Origin: Vitrella brassicaformis CCMP3155
Taxonomy: Eukaryota; Protista; Chromerida
NCBI GenBank assembly: GCA_001179505.1
Contig: CDMY01000976.1
Span: forward strand, 1 to 7,519
Direction of reading: 5' to 3'
Length of the DNA: 7,519 nt
A program made the position numbers and the translations under genes. The notes beneath the pieces were generated by a model. That model saw only the letters and a list, made by a program, of their open reading frames with translations, did no database searches and had not been told where the DNA came from. Below are positions 1 through 6,603 of the stretch, one piece after another (the first letter of the stretch is position 1; every line of letters begins with the position of its first letter).

Positions 1-38
1 GCTTGCTTGCTGTGTGCATGAATGCAACCGGGCCTGAC

Positions 39-1150
39 GTTCTTGCTGTGGCTCGCCCAGTGGGCAAGAAGCGTCCGATCAGGGTTTGCTGCTAGCCGTT
101 TTTTCCTGTTCGCTTCCAAGCTATTCAGCTTGACACACTGAAGCAAGGCGAGTCAGTGAGGTTGGTTGGGGGAGATTCCCTTCCGTAGAAGCGCTCACCG
201 CGCCCATTGGCTTTACTCACTGATGCGCTGACTCTGACTGCCTCGTGAATGATGGTTGGGAGCGTGCTTGAGATCGGAAGAGCCACCTCGAGATCTGCTG
301 GAGCACACGCAACGGGACGGCAAATGACGTCTTGACTTGTCTTGACGTGTCCGAGCAGAACCGCAACGGAATCAGCTACAGAAAAAGCCCGCCAAAAAAA
401 GTATTTAGACGTCCAAAAACAGAATTAAGGAGAAATTTTGCCCACCCCTGTCTTCCCTCTCGCTACCGTGTGGACGACTTGATATCTGTGAACAAACAAT
501 TTGAACAACGATGCTGCGTGCTCTCAAGAAAAACCCGGGGGCTCCCGGACCCCCCCTTTCTTTCGGGTCGCCATACGTAGACTAGTGTTTGAATGCCGAT
601 ATGAGGGGAGAGTGTTTCACCTGCTTGCCGGCGCGGCAGGCAGGTGAAACATACCTCCCTTGTTTCGTAGCTGGGTCACCTGTATCCGTAGGTCTATGAA
701 TGAATGAGTGATTGAGAGCGGCTCCCGTCACAGATCGTCCAGCTGATGCCTGCACTTGACTTTTAGTACGGCAACACCTTCCGACATCGGCGTTCTTCCC
801 TTCTTTCGCCGGGTGCGGCGCGTTCTTTCAGCCGCTGGACACGAACGTGTCGGTTCTTGAACTATTGCTTATGCTGGGTTGGTTCGTCGCGACAGGGTTT
901 AGCGCCCTAAACCCACTTGTTCGCAGCCTGCAGGAGGCCTTCCATCGTGCGGGATTCGTCTCACACCGTCCTGCCGTCCACAATCGCTTTGAGGTCCTCT
1001 GCTTGAGCGCGTAGGCGAAGTAAGTGGCTTTGGGGGCCACATACGGACTGTGTCTCTGCCAATGTCTCCCGTCTGTTGCAGTACGTTCTGCCCGTCCCTG
1101 AAGTCTGCGGTCACTGCCGCTAGTGATGTGCTCCTGCGTAATATGGTTGC
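39..1150 (-). CDS. Putative spliced gene of unknown function (partial at both ends); candidate exons 1150-967, 861-778, 693-655, 375-221, 137-39
   Basis: Manual splicing gives 561 nt of open frame (187 codons): ATILRRSTSLAAVTADFRDGQNVLQQTGDIGRDTV...RTRRTRRKKGR...DLRIQVTQLRNKG-ADSVAVLLGHVK...HEAVRVSAS-CVKLNSLEANRKKRL. The best junction is intron 220-138 (GTGAGT donor, CACTGAC branch-like motif, CTTCAG acceptor). The acceptor at 376 follows a long T tract and the donor at 654 is GTATGT. Donors at 966 and 777 are weak. No recognisable domain and no start codon located. Confidence 0.35.
604..661 (+). other. Long inverted repeat / RNA hairpin
   Basis: 613-630 TGTTTCACCTGCTTGCCG pairs with 634-651 CGGCAGGCAGGTGAAACA (17 Watson-Crick pairs plus one G-U, 3-nt loop). 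Pairing extends imperfectly to 604/661 (AGGGGAG with CTCCCTT). Confidence 0.85.
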
Positions 1151-1748
1151 CTATGCCGGCGGCCCACTGAGGGAACCAAAGCAAATCAATCCCGTGCCTC
1201 CAGTCGGTTTGGTCGTCTCTCACCGCCTTGCATATCTATTCGCCTGCCTGATTCTGGCCTTTGCGTGTTGCCTGTTGCATGTTGGATGGACACACATGGG
1301 ATCATGCATTCCGAGTCCAGGTTCGCAAACCGAACTGTTACATCCCGGTTTCGAGCTCACTTTCTGTGGAACGGAATGGAGGGAGGTCTTTCAGCAGCAC
1401 GAAGGTGTGTGGCTATTGGCGATCTCACACATGAGATGTCTGCGACCGGATGATGGTGTAAGGAATGAAGTGAGTTTCGACAAGCGAGTATAGTAGACAG
1501 GCATGATTCAGAAGTGACTTCGGGGAAGCACACAGCTCATGCATTTGTCCGTATGCGCACATCCATTCTAAATCCCGAAAGAGGTAGGCCGGAAGATGCA
1601 CACGAAAGCTCTTATCCTTTTTTCCCTGAGGAGTAAGGTTTCTTTGAGATGTAAGGTTTCCTGAGGTGTAAAGGACCACGCGACCTTGATGAGACAACAG
1701 AGATCGTGTGGTCTGTGTCCGAGAGCAGTTCTGACTATAATTACCCTG

Positions 1749-2677
1749 CTAATCGGGCAAGCTGGAGGTGTTACTTGAGGAGCTGTCTTGCCAGTCCTTC
1801 GTCTGGTTTCGGCCGGACCTTTCCGTGGTGTGGACGATTTCCGTTGTGTTTGTACCGGCGAGTTCGCACAATGCACGGAATTTGTGTCTGCATACTTCAT
1901 CACCCACGACGCCGTGCGGCAGGAGGGGCTCTAAGTCGGTATTGACCAGCCCCCCCGGCCAAATCGAGCTGATATAGTAGGTGCACTTCTGACCCTCATT
2001 CCGATAGTTGTCGGGCTGCCTCGTGGGGCTACCCCCCCACCAATTTGTGCCTACATAATGCACAAGACACGAGACGCCTCACAGGCAGGGAGGGTGCACA
2101 TTATGTCCAACGGTCAATTTAGACACGTACCGAAAAACCATGGCGCAGCCCTTCCTTTTGGATTGCTTGCAAATGTCCAGCACCTGTGGTCAAGGCGCTG
2201 AGTGGCGGGATCGCATTCCTGTAAGCCACACGACACGAACCACCAATTTCCACACAGAAATCGCAGCAATTTGGGCGCAGTCCCGAAAGTATATATGCGT
2301 CTGCAAACCTCTCTCATGACGATGCCGATAAGGAAAATGATGTCTTTTTTCCTGCCGCCAACATCTCGCGTAGTATTGAACATTGACTCCAAATCAGCCT
2401 ACGCCAAAACAGGCAGCAAAACGTCAGGGAGGAGTCGACTAAACCGTTTTCCTGCTCTTACGACGCTCGATGGTTCCGCAAGCTTGCCACCTCTCGCCCG
2501 ACACCTCTCCTGGTGGCCGAAATAGTCATCATACTCGGGCTGGATCTCATAGCGGAAATAGCGGTCTCGTGTGGTGTTGTCGGACTGTGTGCGGGAGGGA
2601 TGCCCAGGATATATACCCTTAGTAACAATAGTAGCAGTTAAAACTAGAGCCAGTAAGAACAAACTGTGGAGGGCCAT
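1749..2677 (-). CDS. Secreted C-type lectin domain (CTLD) protein with QPD motif; join(2677-2462, 2398-2309, 2218-2131, 2050-1749), 231 aa
   Basis: Three GT-AG introns (2461-2399 GTAAGA..GCGTAG, 63 nt; 2308-2219 GTTTGC..TTACAG, 90 nt; 2130-2051 GTACGT..ATGTAG, 80 nt) join four exons in compatible phases. The product has a hydrophobic signal peptide (MALHSLFLLALVLTATIVTKG) and CTLD hallmarks in the right order: CRARGGKLAEP (helix 1), FLIGI (WIGL-equivalent), NW...QPDN...C, GDEVC...F.ALCE. It carries several N-glycosylation sequons. An upstream in-frame ATG lies at 2698. The end of the last exon is uncertain because alternative donors exist at 1855 and 1835. Confidence 0.85.
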
Positions 2678-2883
2678 GTCTTGTGCCGAAGCCCTCATGA
2701 CGTTAAACGGTCGATCACTCGTTCTATTTCGACCGCCTCAGCTCTGAGACCACTCACGCTGGAATACTGACTTTCTGGACTCGTCTCAGCTTGCTGAGGG
2801 AGGCGCTCTTACCTTACCTTCGGTCCCGACGTTATGGGGCCTGGATGTATGCATGCGCTCGCCCTGGGCTCGTGCGTGCGCGG

Positions 2884-3310
2884 GTTGCCTGTGTATTGTG
2901 TTTGGCCTCTTGGTTTTGGCCCATTGTATCCACGCTTGGTTTTGATGGCGATCGGTACGATGTTGGCCATACCCATTGCAGTGGGCTGGATCTGCATGCA
3001 TCCGTTTTACGGTGCTACAGCTCGCGCACCATGACCAACAGAGCACCGCGCCTGGGGCACCTGTTTGGCTATACAGGTACGTATCCGTGCACCTCATGCA
3101 CACTTCTATCCATCCACCTATCACTCTCATGTGTCGCGTGGCTGCAGTGTGTTCGGTGTGCTCGACTGGCATGGCGTGAGCATTGGCTGCCATCAGATCG
3201 GGGTCGTAGCCCTACTCGTTGGTACGGATCTACACCATACTCACTCGTTGGGCCACGACCATGCTCACATCTGGCCTGTGTTGCATCGTATTCGAAACCC
3301 CGGCGGTAGG
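2884..3310 (+). pseudogene. Degenerate cluster of short hydrophobic exon-like segments, related to 6685-7260
   Basis: G|GTAC donors at 2955, 3077 and 3222. The interval 3077-3147 ends CCATCCACCT..TGTG..GGCTGCAG, like the introns at 6752-7151. Segment 2884-2954 reads VACVLCL/LGFGPLYP (needs a frameshift) versus VGCVVWLLGFGLYVP at 6685. Its acceptor position is CGG rather than CAG. Confidence 0.3.
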
Positions 3311-3806
3311 TGGGCCGGGGGATGCACACGACAGCTGTAGTCCTTTTTCATCTAGTTTGAATGGATAAATCATCTCACCGGTAGACAGAAACCCGCCAAT
3401 TTGCGTAGTCTTGACGGATTAGTAAGGTCGGCTGGTGTGTGTCTCTGCTTCTGGTTTTCGTGCCGTCCCCCAGTGCCCTTGAGCCGTCCAGGTATGAATC
3501 GCTGTTGCCGCTCACAGATTCCACAGAGAGCGCCGCGCCATTGTTGGCGGTGCAGCTGTCAAGGGATCCGTAGGAGCTTGTTTATTCTGACAGCGAGTTG
3601 GATCATGTGAATGCGAAATGTATGTGCACAAAAGCGAAAGCTGTGTCTTGCTACATCCTTCTGTATCGGTCTGTCGGAAAAGGACAGATCGTCTACATGG
3701 TTGGACAGTCCCTCCGCCCTTCGTTTCTCTCCATCCCCCGTCATCTATTAGTGTGTTGCGCAGGTTTCTGCCTGCTAAACTAGCCCATCCACAGTGCTGC
3801 ATCTAG

Positions 3807-4429
3807 ATGACTTCGATCTGGCAGATGCAGCGGAGACGGTTGCATCTTCTGCTTGTGGGCATACCTATAACTACCTATAACACATACGTATATATGCAGC
3901 GAAAATCCCGGCGTCTCGCTGTCCTCGAATTCATTCATGTATGTGCTGCATGTCGTGTGCCTTTCTGTGGCAGGCTGGGAGGAGTGGCTGGGTAATAGTA
4001 AGAAGAACGGGCTCTTTCGTCAATCTGACTGCAGAGACGTCTGAGACACGGCTTGTGAGCGATGATTGGGCTTTGTAAGCGGAAGATAGAGGTACTCTGC
4101 TTAGGTATGCCGACCGACCTAGACACACATTCACCTTGTCTTATCTAGGCGTCTTTGCCTACATCGGAACATTCGGCGATTAATGAAGTATGAATGCCCA
4201 AGGGTCACAGTATATGTGAGCCCAGACTTCCTTCCCTTCAAGAAAAGGGGCGTTAGCAGCTGCGACACGAGAGCACACAGCTCACAGGTACCTCGTTGAG
4301 CACCTCAAGTGGATCGACGATGAACGAGTGGTACGCTTGACGGGACAGCGAGCACTCTTACGCAACCTACGCCGACCGCACCGCTTACGGGAGGTGCAGA
4401 AAACGCTGCATCCATCGCCTTCCACATGA
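3807..4429 (+). CDS. Putative small spliced gene or gene remnant, join(3807-3887, 3974-4074, 4288-4429), 107 aa, unknown function
   Basis: Phase-compatible introns 3888-3973 (GTATAT..TGGCAG, 86 nt) and 4075-4287 (GTAAGC..TCACAG, 213 nt) give MTSIWQMQRRRLHLLLVGIPITTYNTY-AGRSGWVIVRRTGSFVNL...DDWAL-YLVEHLKWIDDERVVRLTGQRALLRNL...PST*. Further exon-like pieces upstream (3574-3619) do not join cleanly. No domain recognised. Confidence 0.3.
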
Positions 4430-4596
4430 GCCGAGTTCGGCGGTGAACAGAGGGGAAGTAGAGTCATATGCATGATGGAAACCAACAGAGCGGTGTGGTC
4501 TACGGACGCTAATCCACACGTGTCTCCGAAGCCACGCGATGTGTTGGCCGTCAAAGGACGAGGTAGCAAGCTCAAGACAGCATCACAGCACTGCCC

Positions 4597-4945
4597 GCTT
4601 GCGTGTGAATACAGCATAGCGAGATGCTTCACGGATTAACACAATCGTGCTGATTTAGGTCCACGGCTGTGTCAACTTTCGGTGGCTGGTTCTCTTTCTC
4701 AAGACGGCGCAGGGCAATGGCCGCTGGCGTGCAGACACAGCATGACGAGATGTATCAGACATCCGTGCTTTTGCATCGCATGAATGAGAGTCCCGAGAGA
4801 AATCAGCAGCAAACCCCAAATTTCGTGTATCCGACACCAGTTTTCGCCACTTTTTGCGCCAACAAGAGGGCGCAATTGCAATTGGAAGCAAACTCGTTTC
4901 TCGCAGTGTCCGTGCGCATATATTTCATCAACCAGACCTTAAAGC
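4597..4945. repeat. Diverged tandem repeat, copy 1 (uninterrupted)
   Basis: Collinear with 5156-5197 plus 6283-6556. Shared blocks include GCTTGCGTGTGAA, CATAGCGAnATG, GCGCAGnGCnATGGCCGC, GAAGCAAACTCGTTyCTCGCA and CAGAyCTTrAAG. Confidence 0.85.
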
Positions 4946-4968
4946 GTGTGCATGGAGATTGCGGTTGA
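4717..4968 (+). CDS. Hypothetical 83-aa ORF (or exon) inside repeat copy 1
   Basis: MAAGVQTQ...VFATFCANKRAQLQLEANSFLAVSVRIYFINQTLKRVHGDCG*. The paralogous frame in copy 3 (from ATG 6340) conserves RRAMAA, VFA, FxAN, LEANSFLA and QxLKR, with many synonymous changes. Confidence 0.4.
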   Translation: MAAGVQTQHDEMYQTSVLLHRMNESPERNQQQTPNFVYPTPVFATFCANKRAQLQLEANSFLAVSVRIYFINQTLKRVHGDCG

Positions 4969-5030
4969 GTTAGCGGTGCGCAAGTTTTCAGCGGCTACGG
5001 TCTCGTTTGCGGGGGTGAAGAGCGACGGCC

Positions 5031-5135
5031 GCTTGCGTGCGAACAGAGCGTAGAGCAGTGTGCCGTGAACGATATATTGTGTTTGACTCAGGTTGATGGC
5101 TGTGTAAACTTTCAGTGAGCGGTTCTTCTTTTTGA
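5031..5135. repeat. Diverged tandem repeat, copy 2 (short, 5' part only)
   Basis: GCTTGCGTGCGAACA and TGACTCAGGTTGATGGCTGTGTAAACTTTCAGTG match GCTTGCGTGTGAATA (4597) and TGATTTAGGTCCACGGCTGTGTCAACTTTCGGTG (4651) in copy 1. Confidence 0.75.
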
Positions 5136-5187
5136 CGAAACGAAAAGCCATTAGCGCTTGCGTGTGAACATTACATAGCGAAATGTA

Positions 5188-5197
5188 TCATGCATTG
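5188..5197 (+). repeat. Left target-site duplication TCATGCATTG
   Basis: Identical to 6273-6282; the flanking bases differ on both sides. Confidence 0.85.
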
Positions 5198-5431
5198 CCC
5201 TCCCGCACGCAACCGTCTCGCAGCGATGCATCTGCGGCGGGGAGGTGGACAAGTTTGGCGATCACTTCTACCTGTGTCACACGGGCCGTGAGCGAGTCAC
5301 GAGACACAACAACATGCGCAACTTGTTTGTTCGCATCCTGGCTGAAGCAGACGTTCCCTCCAATGTGGAGGTGTCTCTGCACAGCCTCGGCATCACCCCG
5401 CCTGACGACAACCCCAACAACCAGCGCATGG

Positions 5432-5731
5432 NNNNNNNNNNNNNNNNNNNNNNNNNNNNNNNNNNNNNNNNNNNNNNNNNNNNNNNNNNNNNNNNNNNNN
5501 NNNNNNNNNNNNNNNNNNNNNNNNNNNNNNNNNNNNNNNNNNNNNNNNNNNNNNNNNNNNNNNNNNNNNNNNNNNNNNNNNNNNNNNNNNNNNNNNNNNN
5601 NNNNNNNNNNNNNNNNNNNNNNNNNNNNNNNNNNNNNNNNNNNNNNNNNNNNNNNNNNNNNNNNNNNNNNNNNNNNNNNNNNNNNNNNNNNNNNNNNNNN
5701 NNNNNNNNNNNNNNNNNNNNNNNNNNNNNNN
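5432..5731. other. Run of 300 N (assembly gap or mask)
   Basis: Seen directly. It covers the expected PD-(D/E)xK catalytic residues. Confidence 0.99.
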
Positions 5732-6057
5732 TATGGACCAATCACCCAAGCAGCCGGCTTCCGCTTTGTGCCCCTCGCTGCGGAGACATTCGGCAGATGG
5801 GGAGACAAGACCATGGATTTTCTCAAGATGCTCGCCAAACGAAAGCCTCGCCCCACATCCATTCCCATGGAGGAGGACACAGCTTTCCGAGAGAGCATCG
5901 TCAACCACTGGAGCCAGCTCCTGTCCGTCGAGCTGATGAAGCACAACGCGTTCCAAGTGGCGAGTCGCGCGCAGCGCGCGGCGGCCGCCAGAGGGCCACG
6001 GAGGGCCAGCGCGTTTCCTGAGGACTTCGTCAGCCGCGGGCCATACAGGCCACATAC

Positions 6058-6076
6058 CAGCCCCGCTGCGGGGCTG
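6058..6076 (+). other. GC-rich hairpin directly before the retrotransposon stop codon
   Basis: CAGCCCCGC-T-GCGGGGCTG is a perfect 9-bp inverted repeat, followed by TGA at 6077-6079. Confidence 0.8.
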
Positions 6077-6272
6077 TGAGATGGCTGGCTGGACCTGGGT
6101 TCTGAATGTGTGTCATGTTGCATGTCTCACGCTTGTTCGCAGTGTGCGACATGTTTTCACAGTCGACGAACGCTGTCCATTGTTTCTGCATGTATTGTTT
6201 CCCTTCGCTTGCTTGATACGAACTGATGCTTAGACGAACTTCGTCGCCCGTTTCATGCATCTACTTAACAAT

Positions 6273-6282
6273 TCATGCATTG
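6273..6282 (+). repeat. Right target-site duplication TCATGCATTG
   Basis: Identical to 5188-5197. Confidence 0.85.
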
Positions 6283-6339
6283 ACACAGTCGTGGTGATTT
6301 GCGTTGACGGCAGCGTCGTTTTTCACAAAGCGCAGAGCG

Positions 6340-6603
6340 ATGGCCGCGCGCGTGAGGACAGAGCAGACAGAGAAGCACTCACACACAGACTTGCGCGTCG
6401 AACGCACCAGAAACCCGGGAGAAAACAGCCAAAACCCGATTGTCCGGGTTTTTGCCGACGTTTTTCGTGCGAACGCGTGAACGGATTTGAAGCTCGAAGC
6501 AAACTCGTTCCTCGCAATGACCCCCTCCACATAAATCAGAAAACAGATCTTGAAGAGACCCCCAGAAAAAAAGTTGGTTCCGCGCCGTGAAATTGGGAGC
6601 TGA
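6340..6603 (+). pseudogene. Disrupted paralog of the 4717-4968 ORF in repeat copy 3
   Basis: MAARVRTEQ...VFADVFRANA*TDLKLEANSFLAMTPST*IRKQILKR..., with in-frame stops at 6478 and 6532. Confidence 0.4.

Larger units (their letters stand above)
5200..6079 (+). pseudogene. C-terminal fragment of the retrotransposon ORF: CCHC zinc knuckle plus restriction-like endonuclease
   Basis: LPHATVSQR-CIC-GGEVDKFGD-H-FYL-C-HTGRERVT-RHN-...VE...NQRM[gap]YGPITQAAGFRFVPLAAETFGRWG...LSVELMKHNA...AAGL*. The CxC..H..C knuckle, RHN, Y...F.P...ET.G.W and LS..L.+.NA motifs are typical of CRE-clade RLE proteins. No stops in the sequenced parts. The frames on either side of the gap differ by one base. Confidence 0.85.
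5198..6272 (+). mobile_element. 5'-truncated non-LTR retrotransposon, RLE type, CRE/SLACS-like clade
   Basis: Bounded by a perfect 10-bp TSD and validated by the paralogous empty site. It encodes only the C-terminal zinc knuckle and RLE region, with no reverse transcriptase. The 3' UTR is 6080-6272 and has no poly(A) tail. Confidence 0.85.
5156..6556. repeat. Diverged tandem repeat, copy 3, split by the retrotransposon (5156-5197 and 6283-6556)
   Basis: Removing 5198-6282 restores a sequence that aligns without gaps to 4597-4673 at 59/77 identity by manual count. Similarity continues, with small indels, to about 6556. Confidence 0.85.

Noticed and set aside
105-122. LEAN peptide (TTGGAAGCGAAC, minus strand) resembling LEANSFLA in the repeat ORF
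   Set aside because: The similarity is limited to four residues with unrelated flanks.
427-485. Walker A-like peptide ARGKTGVGKIS on the minus strand
   Set aside because: It lacks S/T after the Lys, is followed by a stop three codons later, lies inside a predicted intron, and its acceptor phase does not fit the neighbouring exon.
895-914. GGGTTTAG-CGCC-CTAAACCC, a telomere-like inverted pair
   Set aside because: Only one unit per arm and an 8-bp stem; compatible with chance.
828-1493. ORFs 1050-1493 (+) and 828-1223 (-)
   Set aside because: No domain or motif recognised; likely shadow frames over exon and intron sequence.
2786-3340. Several overlapping ORFs on both strands (2791-3309, 2786-3193 and others)
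   Set aside because: They run through intron-like segments in low-complexity GT/CA-rich sequence with few stops, and no family signature is visible.
1153-3573. Possible UAG reassignment, since in-frame TAGs interrupt protein-like frames at 1153, 1751 and 3571
   Set aside because: Each TAG is explained as a 3' splice site or a normal stop; 3492-3573 is a typical GTATGA..CCGTAG 82-nt intron, and TAG acceptors are common here.
4260-5197. Upstream sequence as the missing reverse transcriptase of the retrotransposon
   Set aside because: No YxDD or other RT motifs in any frame I read; the sequence is host tandem repeat and the TSD fixes the 5' end at 5198.
4597-5197. CRISPR array interpretation of the three GCTTGCGTGYGAA repeats
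   Set aside because: Spacing is irregular (434 and 125 nt), the intervening sequences are homologous rather than unique, the context is eukaryotic and there are no cas genes.
5183-6123. Long ORFs in the track at 5183-6079 (+), 5188-6123 (-), 5393-6055 (-) and 5277-5741 (-)
   Set aside because: They are inflated by the N run or antisense to the retrotransposon ORF. The MYHALP start at 5183 is host sequence in a different frame from the zinc knuckle.
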